From an uncultured Christensenella sp. (lineage in GTDB: Bacteria; Bacillota; Clostridia; Christensenellales; UBA1242), in NCBI GenBank assembly GCA_910586385.1, contig CAJUGX010000004.1, positions 54,862 through 118,861 on the forward strand: a stretch of DNA of 64,000 bases. The letters are read 5' to 3'. Below, in pieces: positions 33,302 through 43,208 of this stretch. The position numbers and the translations under genes were made by a program. Position 1 is the stretch's first letter; each line of letters opens with the position of its first letter. Under the pieces are notes generated by a model. The model had not been told where the DNA came from. It made no database searches and worked only from the letters and a program-made list of their open reading frames with translations.

Positions 33302-35398
33302 CTACTTACGTTTGCACTTTTTGCTGCATTTTTTGCAATTCCCGCACTCTTTTCTTTTTATTTTTCTGAAAACATAAATCACAGAGAAAATTAAAATCAA
33401 GACGCACATCGCCACGAAAAATACTTTCCAAAATCCAAACACTTCGATTGCAAATGCCACATTGTACACAGCAAACGACACAACATATGCAGAAAGCAGT
33501 TGGATGATTATGCTGACATATGTCCACTTTTTTCCAATCTCACCGAGAAGCATTGAGACAGATGCAATGCAAGGAGTGTAAAGCAAACAGAACACCAAAA
33601 ACGAAAGCACACTCGCCTTACTTGAAAAATAGACCACACTTGTTGAAAGCAAAATTGAGTCAGACACGAGCCTTGTCGCACCAGCATCAACCCCATTGAA
33701 CATAGCAATCGAACTGACCACAACTTCCTTTGCAACAAGCCCTGAAAGAAGTGCCGCAACCACCGCCCAGTTTCCAAAACCAAGAGGCGAAAAGATTGGT
33801 GAAAGAAGTCTGCCAAGTCCTTCCAGAATGCTTACTCCACCATTTGCAGCGACATAGCTAAACTTGATTGAAAATGATGAAAGCCACCATATCACAACAT
33901 TCATAGCAAGCATGATTGTGCCCACACGAAGGACAAATTCTTTGACATTTTTCCAAAGGATTTTCCCAACTCTTTTAATTGAAGTTCTTCGATATGGAGG
34001 AAATTCAAGGATGAAACTTTGATCTTTGCTTTTGAGCACAGTCATCTCAAAAATCTTTGAAATAACTATCGCAACCACCACTCCAAGAAGATAGAGTCCC
34101 AAAATCACAAAGAGATTTTTCGCACCAAAAAACGCCCCACCGATGACTGTATAAATGGGGATTTTTGCCGAACAACTCATATATGGACAAAGGATTGCAG
34201 TCTTGATTTTTGCATTTTTGTCATCCATATTTCTCGCTGTCATGATGGCAGATGTTGAGCAACCAAACCCCATCAAGAGCGTATATACACTCTTCCCTGA
34301 CAAACCAATTTTCCCCAAGATATCTTCAAAGACAAAAGCAATTCTCGACATATAACCGCTGTCTTCCAAGACCGACAAAAAGAAAAACAAAAGCACAACC
34401 TGCGGCAAGAAAGACAGCACCGTCCCAAGTCCACCAAAAATTGCGACATTGAAAAGGTCATACACCCAACTGTTTGGAAGGCTTCTTTCAAGCAATGACA
34501 TAAATGGGGATGAGACAACCGAAAGAGCTTTCGACAGACAATCCGACAAAAATGCCCCAAATGAGAAAAAGGTCAGATAAAACACGCCAGCAAGGATGAG
34601 GAAAAAAAGCGGAATTGCAAAGATTTTGCTCAGTGCAACGCGGTCAAACTTGCTCTTGCCGTAGACAGCAGAAGTCCGCTTTGCACACCTTGAAATCACT
34701 TCATCAATGAAAGCATACCTAAGCTCTGACAAAATCAAAACACTGTCTTTTGGCACAGCATCAAAAAAGACTTTGCAGTCCAATCCTACTCGCTCAAAAA
34801 ACTTCTTATCCTTTTCGTACGCCTTTATCAAAACCAAATCTCGGTCTATATCAGCATCAACACTGACTTGCTTTTCCCATCTCAGTTTCTTGACATACTC
34901 TGGCTTTTTGAAAGTCCTCTCATCATCCCCAGCAATCACCTTCTTGAGCCTTTCAACATCCTCCTTGCTCTCAGCGTTTATACCAACAATTTGCACTCCC
35001 AGAGTATCGCCAAGTAACTTATAATCCACTTTGAAGATGCTTTTCTTGTCAATCTCGTTGACTGCCAAGACGACTTTCGCCCCTTCTTCCAAAAGACACA
35101 ATGTCAGATAAAGGTTTCTTTGCAAGTTGTTTCGATCGCATATGTTGAGCACTTGACTATCTTTCTTTTCGGCGACAGTCCTGACCGCCACTTCTTCTTC
35201 AAACGAAAGTGCACAAAGAGAATACACCCCCGGCGTATCAACCAAAACAAATTCGTCTTGCCCCACAAAAAAGGACTTTGATTTGTTTTCGACAGTCACC
35301 CCATGCCAGTTTCCAACGTGCTCGTCTGAGCGTGTCAAACTGTTGAAGAGTGTGGTTTTTCCTGTGTTTGGATTGCCCACCAACAAAACTTCTTTCAC
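33302..35398 (-). CDS. feoB: ferrous iron transporter FeoB (Cys-rich C-terminal tail)
   Basis: N-terminal G domain GNPNTGKTTLFN, a large polytopic domain, and a tail KECGNCKKCSKKCKRK. Confidence 0.93.
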   Translation of the reverse strand: MKEVLLVGNPNTGKTTLFNSLTRSDEHVGNWHGVTVENKSKSFFVGQDEFVLVDTPGVYSLCALSFEEEVAVRTVAEKKDSQVLNICDRNNLQRNLYLTLCLLEEGAKVVLAVNEIDKKSIFKVDYKLLGDTLGVQIVGINAESKEDVERLKKVIAGDDERTFKKPEYVKKLRWEKQVSVDADIDRDLVLIKAYEKDKKFFERVGLDCKVFFDAVPKDSVLILSELRYAFIDEVISRCAKRTSAVYGKSKFDRVALSKIFAIPLFFLILAGVFYLTFFSFGAFLSDCLSKALSVVSSPFMSLLERSLPNSWVYDLFNVAIFGGLGTVLSFLPQVVLLFFFLSVLEDSGYMSRIAFVFEDILGKIGLSGKSVYTLLMGFGCSTSAIMTARNMDDKNAKIKTAILCPYMSCSAKIPIYTVIGGAFFGAKNLFVILGLYLLGVVVAIVISKIFEMTVLKSKDQSFILEFPPYRRTSIKRVGKILWKNVKEFVLRVGTIMLAMNVVIWWLSSFSIKFSYVAANGGVSILEGLGRLLSPIFSPLGFGNWAVVAALLSGLVAKEVVVSSIAMFNGVDAGATRLVSDSILLSTSVVYFSSKASVLSFLVFCLLYTPCIASVSMLLGEIGKKWTYVSIIIQLLSAYVVSFAVYNVAFAIEVFGFWKVFFVAMCVLILIFSVIYVFRKIKRKECGNCKKCSKKCKRK

Positions 35399-35619
35399 TC
35401 GACAACCACCCTCTCAAGCAGATTTCTTCTTACGCTCAAGACATAACCCCTTATCTCAATCAAAAACACCTTGTTTGCAAGTGAAGAGTGCAAGACTTCC
35501 ACCTTTTCACCTCTTGAAAATCCAAGTTCCACAAAGCGGCGAAAAACCTTGTCTTGCTGCCCAACAAACCCGACAATTTTCAAACGATCTCCCTTTTTTG
35601 CCTTGTCCAAAGTTTTCAT
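35395..35619 (-). CDS. feoA: FeoA family protein
   Basis: LDKAKKGDRLKIVGF...GFSRGEKVEV is an SH3-like FeoA pattern. The start is uncertain (ATG 35619 or GTG 35643). Confidence 0.78.
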   Translation of the reverse strand: MKTLDKAKKGDRLKIVGFVGQQDKVFRRFVELGFSRGEKVEVLHSSLANKVFLIEIRGYVLSVRRNLLERVVVE

Positions 35620-35737
35620 ATTACAAAATACGAAAATCCCCACTCAAATATTCAATCAATCAAAAAAAAGTTGTGACAATTTGCTTGGTTAAACACCACA
35701 TGTTGTGTTAAAATAAAAACGTTTAAGGAGAAAACAT

Positions 35738-36181
35738 ATGAAATGTATATATTGTGGATGTGAAGACAGCAAAGTTTTGGATTCACGAAGCACTGAAGAA
35801 ACAAACGCTATCAGAAGAAGAAGAGAATGCACAGGTTGTGGCAAAAGATACACAACTTATGAAACAATCGAAACTGTGCCAGTCCTCGTTGTGAAAAAAG
35901 ACGGCAGTCGTCAACCTTTCAACATAGAAAAAATCAGAAGCGGCATGATTAAGGCTTGCGAAAAGAGACCTGTTTCAATCGCCCAAATCGACCAAATGGC
36001 AGAAGATATTCAAAAGCAAGTTCAAAACTCTCTCAATCAAGAGGTTTCTTCTCAAGAAATCGGAGAGATGATTATGACAAAACTCAAAGCAGTTGACGAA
36101 ATCGCTTATGTAAGATTTGCATCAGTTTATCGCCAATTCAAAGATGTGACAAACTTCATCAAACTCATCACCGAAATGTAA
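35738..36181 (+). CDS. nrdR: transcriptional repressor NrdR
   Basis: MKCIYCGCEDSKVLDSRSTEETNAIRRRRECTGCGKRYTTYE (zinc ribbon plus ATP-cone). Confidence 0.95.
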   Translation: MKCIYCGCEDSKVLDSRSTEETNAIRRRRECTGCGKRYTTYETIETVPVLVVKKDGSRQPFNIEKIRSGMIKACEKRPVSIAQIDQMAEDIQKQVQNSLNQEVSSQEIGEMIMTKLKAVDEIAYVRFASVYRQFKDVTNFIKLITEM

Positions 36182-36291
36182 GCGTCGGCGACGCTCTCTA
36201 TTTGTGATGCTTTCTATGTGAAGCCGAGGTTCTTATCACACAAATAAAAAATGTCACCATAAATTGGTGACTTTTTTATTATCAAAAATTC

Positions 36292-36582
36292 TCACTGTCC
36301 ATCCCTTTTCTTTGATGTGCCCAAAACATATGGCGAGCCCGATGTTGCAAAAAGTTCCACAAGCACGGCATCCTCACCAATCTTGACAATTTGAGAGAGT
36401 GGAATAAAAAGTTCTGTGCCGCTCTTAAACACATTCCAAAAACTTTTCTCCCCCGGCACAACAACCCCAAGCAAACACCCGTTTGCAAGGTTGAAAACAA
36501 CATCTACAATATGTCCAAGTCTTCTGCCATCCACGACATTGACGACTTCTTTGCATCTCAATTCCAAAAATGAAGTATCCAT
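36292..36582 (-). CDS. ylmC: YlmC/YmxH family sporulation protein (PRC-barrel)
   Basis: LRCKEVVNVVDGRRLGHIVDVVFNLANGCLLGVVVPG. Confidence 0.8.
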   Translation of the reverse strand: MDTSFLELRCKEVVNVVDGRRLGHIVDVVFNLANGCLLGVVVPGEKSFWNVFKSGTELFIPLSQIVKIGEDAVLVELFATSGSPYVLGTSKKRDGQ

Positions 36583-36638
36583 ACAAAATTCTATGTCGCA
36601 TTTTGTCGGAATATGACAAAGTCTACAAGTTTTTATAT

Positions 36639-36693
36639 TACCAATATATTAATACCGACATATTGGTATTTGGATTATCTTTCTTACCAATAT
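36639..36693. promoter_or_regulatory. three copies of a 9-mer (TACCAATAT / ATATTGGTA / TACCAATAT), candidate operator array
   Basis: Copies at 36639-36647, 36660-36668 (inverted) and 36685-36693, between ylmC and the small HTH gene. Confidence 0.35.
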
Positions 36694-36723
36694 GTTATTA
36701 TCCTTTTGAAAGGAGTTAAAAAT

Positions 36724-36951
36724 ATGAAAAATCCAATTTTACAATACATGAAAAAACACAAAATGACAGAGAGGGAACTTGCAGAAAAATGCGGTCTTTC
36801 TGTTTACATCCTAAGAAATCTGATTGATTGCCGAAGGTCAAAAACCACTTACTTGTATAAACTTTGCCTCGCCACAAAGATAAGTTCGGATGATTATTTG
36901 AAATATTATCTAAATGCAACAAAAAAGGAGACAAGTCTCCTCATTCAATAA
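36724..36951 (+). CDS. small HTH (XRE-like) protein
   Basis: MKNPILQYMKKHKMTERELAEKCGLSVYILRNL. GAAAGGAG RBS. The 3' end overlaps the sigG 3' end by 11 nt (convergent). Confidence 0.5.
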   Translation: MKNPILQYMKKHKMTERELAEKCGLSVYILRNLIDCRRSKTTYLYKLCLATKISSDDYLKYYLNATKKETSLLIQ

Positions 36952-37714
36952 AATTTTTGATTGTTTTGAGAGCATTCTTTTCAAGGCGAGAAACTTGCGC
37001 TTGTGAAATGCCCACCTCTTCGCTCACTTCCATCTGAGTTTTGCCCACATAATATCTCATAAGCAAAATCTCCTTTTCTCTGTCGCTGAGATTTTTGATT
37101 GCATCCCCAAGAGAGAGTTTTTCAAACAACACTTCGTCGCAGTTTTTATCATCACTGATTTGGTCCATAACCCTGATTGTCTCGTTTCCATCATTATAGA
37201 CTGGCTCATTGAGTGAGACAGTTTCGCTGATTGCATCGAGTGCAAAGATGACATCTTTCAGAGGCAACTCAATCATCTCGGCAATCTCCTCAAGAGATGG
37301 TTCTGCATTGTTTTCTTTGATATATCGCTCTTTGGCTTGAAGTGCTTTGTAGGCAGTGTCTCTTATCGAACGGCTGACACGCACCGAGTTGTTGTCACGC
37401 AAAAATCTTCTGATTTCGCCAATAATCATCGGCACAGCATAAGTTGAAAACTTGACATTGAGTGTGTCATCAAAATTGTCAATCGCTTTCAAAAGACCAA
37501 CGCAACCCACTTGAAACATGTCGTCCGCTTTGTCACAGTGCCCGGAAAATCTCTGCACGACCGAAAGCACAAGACGCAAATTTGCAACAACAAACTTGTC
37601 CCTTGCAAACTCATCACCAGCCTTGACTTGCTTGAAAAGACTCATGATTTCTTCATTCTTAAATTTTGGCAAATGACTTGTGTTGACCCCTGAAATCAAA
37701 ACTCTATTGGACAT
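36941..37714 (-). CDS. sigG: sporulation sigma factor SigG
   Basis: ISGVNTSHLPKFKNEE...NLRLVLSVVQRF...FQVGCVGLLKAIDNFD...KFSTYAVPMIIGEIRRFLRDNNSVRVSRSIRD closely parallels B. subtilis SigG, and the gene follows sigE. Confidence 0.9.
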   Translation of the reverse strand: MSNRVLISGVNTSHLPKFKNEEIMSLFKQVKAGDEFARDKFVVANLRLVLSVVQRFSGHCDKADDMFQVGCVGLLKAIDNFDDTLNVKFSTYAVPMIIGEIRRFLRDNNSVRVSRSIRDTAYKALQAKERYIKENNAEPSLEEIAEMIELPLKDVIFALDAISETVSLNEPVYNDGNETIRVMDQISDDKNCDEVLFEKLSLGDAIKNLSDREKEILLMRYYVGKTQMEVSEEVGISQAQVSRLEKNALKTIKNFIE

Positions 37715-37743
37715 ATCTCTGCTCCTTTCAAATTTGATAGAGA

Positions 37744-37772
37744 TATGATGACCTTAAGAGAGGAAAGTATGC
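37744..37772 (-). promoter_or_regulatory. sigma-F/G-type forespore promoter of sigG (putative)
   Basis: Minus strand reads GCATA, 17 nt spacer, CATCATA, resembling GHATR-N17/18-CATXHTA. Confidence 0.4.
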
Positions 37773-37799
37773 AAAGTGCAACAATTTCATCAAAAAAAG

Positions 37800-38528
37800 T
37801 TAGATTTCGGCAACTTTCTCCAATTTTTTACGCAGTTTGCCAAGTATTTTCTTTTCTATTCTTGAAATATAACTCTGGCTGATTCCCATCATGTCGGCGA
37901 CCTCTTTTTGTGTCTTTTCCTCATTTCCAACAAGTCCGAATCGTAAATGCATAATCATCTGCTCACGCGTATCAAGTTTCGACAAAATGTTCATCAAAAT
38001 CTGTTTTTCCGCCGACATTTCCAAGTTTTTTGAGACACTTTCTTCATCAATCGAGATGATGTCTGAAAGCAAAAGTTCATTCCCTTCACCATCATTTGAA
38101 AGAGGTTCGTCCAATGAGATTTCGTTTTTTGTCCTTGTGTTTTTTCGCAATTGCATCAAAATCTCGTTTTCAATACAACGTGAAGCATAAGTTGCGAGTT
38201 TGATATTTTTGTCCAAACTGTAGGTCTTGACCGCTTTGATAAGACCAATCGCCCCAATTGAAATCAAATCCTCAAGGTCAATGCCTGAGCTTTCAAACTT
38301 TTTTGCAATATACACCACAAGACGAAGGTTATGCTCGACAAGTTTATCTCTTGCTGTCTGGTTGCCAGCCTTTGCCTCTTCAAGCAAAACAACCTCCTCA
38401 TCCGCATCAAGAGGCTGTGGCAGAGCCTTGTTTCCGCAAACATAACACATCAAGTTTTCGCTACTCAAAAGGTCATCTTGATGAATCATCTTCCATAGCA
38501 AAAGTTTAATTTTCATTAAGAAATTCAT
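37800..38528 (-). CDS. sigE: pro-sigma-E (sporulation sigma factor SigE)
   Basis: N-terminal pro-sequence, then ...[11 protein letters not shown]...[34 protein letters not shown]. Overlaps the spoIIGA stop. Confidence 0.9.
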   Translation of the reverse strand: MNFLMKIKLLLWKMIHQDDLLSSENLMCYVCGNKALPQPLDADEEVVLLEEAKAGNQTARDKLVEHNLRLVVYIAKKFESSGIDLEDLISIGAIGLIKAVKTYSLDKNIKLATYASRCIENEILMQLRKNTRTKNEISLDEPLSNDGEGNELLLSDIISIDEESVSKNLEMSAEKQILMNILSKLDTREQMIMHLRFGLVGNEEKTQKEVADMMGISQSYISRIEKKILGKLRKKLEKVAEI

Positions 38529-39340
38529 AACCCCTCCCCACTTCCAGCAAACTCATTGTGCAAAATCACATCTGTCCCAAAAGTTTGATTGAAGTTTTTT
38601 AGACTCAGTCCAAGAGTCGGTCTTTCAAAACTCTTCTCACCTATCTTCATTGTATCTGCCTGAAAGACCAAAATCTTGTCATTTGAATTGAGTGTGTTGA
38701 AATTGATATAATGTGCAAACTTAAGCCGCTTCAACTTGTCATTTTTTCTCAAAACATCTTCCACTCCAATCTCACTGAAAAGTGTTGAAAACGCTTTGAA
38801 GTTGATAAGACACACCGGTTTGCCCGTGATAGGGTCAGAAAGGAAATTTCCGCTGTCCAAAAATGCCTTGAAGCCGTACTCTTTCCCACTGACCTCAATC
38901 TTGATATCAAAGCAAAATGTTTCCAGATTTTTCTTTTTCTGTCGCCTTTTGAAAAGCAGTTTGACAACAATATAAACTGCAACAATCACTGCCAATACCA
39001 CAAGAAGCGAACTTTGATTAAGCAAAGACTCAAAGAAATAGCACGCCCCACCATACAAAAACGCCGCCACAAAGTATGACAAATAAATCACTGCAAACTT
39101 CTTCAATCCTGAAAACTTAAACGAGATGCACACATAGAAAATGGCAAAGCCAAGTTGCAAAAGGAAACTTCCAAATGTCGTAAGCCTAAGAAGTGGACAC
39201 AACAGTGTCACAACAGCACCAAGTCCCGCGGACAAGAAAAAGAGTCGCCCTTTCTCTCTGAGAAAAAGTTCCACCGTTTTCAAGACAATCAAATTGATAA
39301 GAAAATTTTCTATCAAAACATATTCAATGACAATTTTCAT
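38525..39340 (-). CDS. spoIIGA: sigma-E processing peptidase SpoIIGA
   Basis: Five N-terminal TM helices followed by [17 protein letters not shown] (aspartic protease DSG motif). Confidence 0.85.
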   Translation of the reverse strand: MKIVIEYVLIENFLINLIVLKTVELFLREKGRLFFLSAGLGAVVTLLCPLLRLTTFGSFLLQLGFAIFYVCISFKFSGLKKFAVIYLSYFVAAFLYGGACYFFESLLNQSSLLVVLAVIVAVYIVVKLLFKRRQKKKNLETFCFDIKIEVSGKEYGFKAFLDSGNFLSDPITGKPVCLINFKAFSTLFSEIGVEDVLRKNDKLKRLKFAHYINFNTLNSNDKILVFQADTMKIGEKSFERPTLGLSLKNFNQTFGTDVILHNEFAGSGEGL

Positions 39341-39483
39341 CTCATAACCATTTTATCTAATCACAAACCGACACGTATAACAAAAAAATGAGAGAAATTG
39401 CAAAATTCTCTCACATTTTGTCTAAATCAATATTGACATTTGTCTCAAAGTGTTTTATACTTTCCCTCGTTATGGGAAATGAT

Positions 39484-39909
39484 ATGAAGGAAGAAGAAAT
39501 AGAACGCAAAAAAGCAGAACTTATGCAAGATATCCAATTTGTTGACAGAAACTTGATGGGTATCGCTTCTCTCATAATAAAAGAAATCGGCGCTTTTGAT
39601 AAGATGAAAAATGGCATCAACCTATACAAACTTGATGGCATAAAGATAGACAGAAAAAACAACTGTGCTCAAATATTCAACTTGGAAACATTTGAGAGGC
39701 AACTGACACGAGAAGAAAACGAAGTATTTGACGCACTGTCAATAAAAAGCAATTTCATCAATCATTTGACAAGTGAGCATTCAAGAATACAACAGATAAA
39801 AAAAGGGCTTGAAGATGAACTCAATTCACTTTCCCTTCTCACCTCAACCACTAAGATGCCTGAAAAAGAATCAAAAGGCAAACAACAAATGTCCTTAACT
39901 CTCAACTAG
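39484..39909 (+). CDS. hypothetical coiled-coil protein (start uncertain)
   Basis: ORF 39388..39909. The first ~28 codons run through a hairpin (39388-39415), so a later start (ATG 39472 or 39484) is more likely. Confidence 0.4.
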   Translation: MKEEEIERKKAELMQDIQFVDRNLMGIASLIIKEIGAFDKMKNGINLYKLDGIKIDRKNNCAQIFNLETFERQLTREENEVFDALSIKSNFINHLTSEHSRIQQIKKGLEDELNSLSLLTSTTKMPEKESKGKQQMSLTLN

Positions 39910-39954
39910 AAAAAATATAAGGAGCAAAATCTTGCTCCTTTTTCTTTTTGAAAT

Positions 39955-40560
39955 CTATTCCACCTTTTCTCCGCAATTTGGGCAGAACTTTGAACCACTT
40001 TCAATCTTGCTTCCACACTTTGCACATAAATCTGTTGCAGAAAGTGGTTTGCCACAATTTTTACAAAATTTGTGTTTCTTTGAATTTTCAGTCTTACACT
40101 CAGGGCATTCGATTGAGTTGCTTTCTCCAGTCCAACCTTGTTTAACCCCACCGACAACATTTCCAAGTCCTTTTCCAACTGTTTTTGAGGCCTTCTCAAT
40201 GATTGGAGCCCCTTTGTCAACCATCTCATCAGCCACAGGCAAAACTGCATTTGCTTGGAAAGCCAAGAGTTCTCTTCTGTGGGAGATTAAAAATGTCATA
40301 GCGCCCGCAATAGAAAGAAAAATCCCAAAAATCAAACAAGCAATACCACCAAACAAAAGTCCATTTTTGGATGATTCTGATTCAAACCAACCATTACTTC
40401 CCATTGCAGGAGTTTTTGTTGCTGCTGAAACTATCATCAAAATGATTCCAATAAGAGCCAAAACACCTCCAATACTCCAAAGGACAACTCTTATTTTTTT
40501 TATGGTATTTTTCCATTTTTGATAGTTTTCTTCGCTTATAAGTTCTTTTCTCTCTGCCAT
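39955..40560 (-). CDS. membrane protein with a C-terminal double zinc ribbon
   Basis: Two TM helices, then CPECKTENSKKHKFCKNCG...CAKCGSKIESGSKFCPNCG. Start at ATG 40560 (GGAGAA upstream); the ORF-track start is TTG. Confidence 0.65.
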   Translation of the reverse strand: MAERKELISEENYQKWKNTIKKIRVVLWSIGGVLALIGIILMIVSAATKTPAMGSNGWFESESSKNGLLFGGIACLIFGIFLSIAGAMTFLISHRRELLAFQANAVLPVADEMVDKGAPIIEKASKTVGKGLGNVVGGVKQGWTGESNSIECPECKTENSKKHKFCKNCGKPLSATDLCAKCGSKIESGSKFCPNCGEKVE

Positions 40561-40611
40561 ACCATTCTCCAATTTGCTTTGATTTTGTTACTTTGAAAAG
40601 AAAAAGGGCAA

Positions 40612-41808
40612 TTAACCCTTTTTATTTTTATTTCTAATTCTGTCAATCCATGGTGGAACCGCACCAGGTGTTGGATTTACATCAACACGAGAAGTGTTTT
40701 CGTTTGTGTTTACGCTCACACCCTTTGTTGGTTGTGGTTGATAACTTGCGCCTCCCCAAGGAGTCCAAGTTGCAAATTTGTCTTCTGGTTCTTCTTGTTT
40801 AGCCTCTTCTTTTTCTTCAACCTGTTCCTCTTCTTGATCCAAAGCAGGGCTCTTGAATCCAGTTGCAATGATTGTGATTTCAACTTCATCTCTCATTTCT
40901 GGATCAATACTGCTTCCGAAAATCAAGTTACAATTTTGGTCAATAACTTCTTTGACCATGTTTGCTGCTTCTGAAACTTCTCTAAGAGTAATGTCATTTC
41001 CACCCTTGATGTTGAGTACAACACCAGTTGCGCCTTCGATTGTTGTTTCGATAAGTGGAGAAGCAACCGCTTGACGAACAGCTTCCAATGTTTTGTTTTC
41101 GCCTTTGCCGTGACCAATGCCCATGTGAGCAAGCCCGCGATTTTTCATAACTGTGCTGATATCAGCAAAGTCAAGGTTGATCATACCTGGGAATACGATA
41201 AGGTCAGCGATGCCCTGAATACCTTGTCTCAAAACGTCATCTGCATATCTAAACGCTTCAACAAGTGTTGTCTTTTCAGGCAAGATTGAAAGGAGTCTTT
41301 CGTTTGGAATAACAACGATAGTGTCAACATATTTTTTGAGTTCGGCAATGCCCTTTTCAGCATTTTCCATTCTTGTTTTGTTTTCAAATTGGAAAGGCTT
41401 TGTGACAATCCCGACTGTCAAAATCCCAAGTTCTTTTGCAATTTGAGCAATCACTGGAGCAGCACCTGTACCAGTTCCGCCACCCATACCTGCTGTGATA
41501 AACACAAGGTCAGAGCCTTCCAAAATCTCTTTGATTGAAGCTTTGCTTTCTTCAGCTGCTTTTCTTCCGATTTCAGGGATTGCACCAGCACCTCTTCCAC
41601 CAGTGAGCCTTTCACCGATTTGAAGTCTCTTTTGTGCTTTTGAAATGAGAAGTGCTTGCTTGTCTGTGTTGATTGCGATAAATTCAGCAGAAGCAACTCC
41701 CGCATCAATCATTCTGTTGAGTGCGTTGTTTCCACCGCCACCAACTCCAAGAACTTTGATTTTTACGATGTTTGTTGCTGTCAAACTATTCATTGTGTTG
41801 TTTTCCAT
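40612..41808 (-). CDS. ftsZ: cell division protein FtsZ
   Basis: [17 protein letters not shown]...[12 protein letters not shown]. Confidence 0.97.
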   Translation of the reverse strand: MENNTMNSLTATNIVKIKVLGVGGGGNNALNRMIDAGVASAEFIAINTDKQALLISKAQKRLQIGERLTGGRGAGAIPEIGRKAAEESKASIKEILEGSDLVFITAGMGGGTGTGAAPVIAQIAKELGILTVGIVTKPFQFENKTRMENAEKGIAELKKYVDTIVVIPNERLLSILPEKTTLVEAFRYADDVLRQGIQGIADLIVFPGMINLDFADISTVMKNRGLAHMGIGHGKGENKTLEAVRQAVASPLIETTIEGATGVVLNIKGGNDITLREVSEAANMVKEVIDQNCNLIFGSSIDPEMRDEVEITIIATGFKSPALDQEEEQVEEKEEAKQEEPEDKFATWTPWGGASYQPQPTKGVSVNTNENTSRVDVNPTPGAVPPWIDRIRNKNKKG

Positions 41809-41897
41809 AAGAAAATCTCCTTAATTTGTTTTATTTTATCTCAAAACTAATTTTTTTGCAAGAAAATTTATGTATATATTCGTTGTTTTTGGTCGTT

Positions 41898-43013
41898 TTA
41901 ACCTAAAACAGCTTCAACGAGTCCAAGTATGCTCGTGTATTGAGGCTTGTCCATCGCAGGGATTGGAGGCACACCATAAGAAATGTTTCTGCCCAAGCAC
42001 TTTGCAAAGAAATCTTTGCCACCTTTGATTTTGCTCACACCCGCACCACACAAATAGATTGGATAATATGGCACATATTCTTTTGCAAACAACCTTATAC
42101 ACTCGTTGACTGTCTTTGCAATAACCTCAAGGCGATAGCAAACCACTTCATTTGCATAACTAAGTGGAATTTTCACAGCTCTTCCGCCAAGCGTATTGAG
42201 TTCGTAAAAATCATTGTTTCCACCTTGAAGAGACAAGACAATTTGTTTCTTCAGATTTCTTGCGTCATTGTAAGAAATCCCGCAAGCCTCACTCAAGTCG
42301 CTTGTCACATAAGAACCACCCATTGAAAATGAAGTCAAGTTTGTGAGTCCCTCACCTTTGACAAACGCAACACTTGTTGACCTTGCGCCAACATCTATGA
42401 CGATGCAAGTGCGCTCACGCTCTTCTTTGTCCAAAACCAACATTGCCTCACAAAGAGGTTCGCTCAAGTACTCAACCTGAGACACCCCGACTTTTGACCA
42501 GATGCGGTTGAATGTTTGTATAAACGAACTTTGAGCCAAGATGATTGAAAATTCTGCAGTGATTTTGCTCGCCTTGATTCCCACTGGAGAATTTGTCTTT
42601 CGGTTGTCATCAAGCGCATAATAGATTGGGTCAACAGACAAGATTTCCATACCATCCACTTCTATCTTGGCAGAAGCACATTCTGAAAGAGCATCGAGAT
42701 CGCTGTCTTTGACTGCACGCTTAAATCTGAAAACAGTTTGTTCTTTTGCGGAAGTCACCTTTGAAAACTCGGCAGGCACTCCGACATAAATCATATCAAT
42801 TGGTTTTTTGTAAACAGCTGAAATTTGGTTGAATAAATTTTTGATTTCATCCTCAAGAAGAGCCTTCTCAACAAACTCTCCCTCAAAGAAACCTGCATAT
42901 TCAACTCTGGCTTTGGCTTTGATGTTGAAAATCCCATTGACGCACCTTTGTGCGACAACAGCACGAATATTAGAAGAACCTATTTCAACAACAGTCACGC
43001 ATTCTTTTGCCAT
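41898..43013 (-). CDS. ftsA: cell division protein FtsA (short form, 371 aa)
   Basis: Actin-like ATPase pattern (VVEIGSSNIRAVV..., IDVGARSTSVAF), immediately upstream of ftsZ. Confidence 0.85.
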   Translation of the reverse strand: MAKECVTVVEIGSSNIRAVVAQRCVNGIFNIKAKARVEYAGFFEGEFVEKALLEDEIKNLFNQISAVYKKPIDMIYVGVPAEFSKVTSAKEQTVFRFKRAVKDSDLDALSECASAKIEVDGMEILSVDPIYYALDDNRKTNSPVGIKASKITAEFSIILAQSSFIQTFNRIWSKVGVSQVEYLSEPLCEAMLVLDKEERERTCIVIDVGARSTSVAFVKGEGLTNLTSFSMGGSYVTSDLSEACGISYNDARNLKKQIVLSLQGGNNDFYELNTLGGRAVKIPLSYANEVVCYRLEVIAKTVNECIRLFAKEYVPYYPIYLCGAGVSKIKGGKDFFAKCLGRNISYGVPPIPAMDKPQYTSILGLVEAVLG

Positions 43014-43034
43014 AAACCCCTCTTTATCAATCTA

Positions 43035-43064
43035 ATAATAGATTATTTTTCGACAAATTGTCAA
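43035..43064 (-). promoter_or_regulatory. putative ftsA promoter with an embedded Spo0A-box-like sequence
   Basis: Minus strand reads TTGACA (43064-43059), 18 nt spacer, TATTAT (43040-43035). The spacer contains TTTGTCGAAAA (43057-43047), matching the 0A-box core TGTCGAA. Confidence 0.35.
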
Positions 43065-43208
43065 ATAAAAATCAAAAATGTTTATAAAAATTAACTTTTT
43101 TTTATATTTATGCAAAGAAAAAGTGCTTGAAAGCACCTTTTTGTATTATTATAACACATTTTTGTATATATATTGATTTCAAATGGAAGATTATACATTT
43201 TGAAAGGC

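Noticed and set aside
35644-35737. Fur box upstream of feoA (tgattgattgaatattt)
   Set aside because: It resembles GATAATGATAATCATTATC only loosely, which is not enough to call.
39341-39420. Spo0A box upstream of spoIIGA (cgTGTCGGTtt), and hairpin tgagagaa/ttctctca
   Set aside because: The box matches only 5 of 7 core positions. The hairpin has no clear associated transcript. It was used only to argue against the long start of the 39388 ORF.
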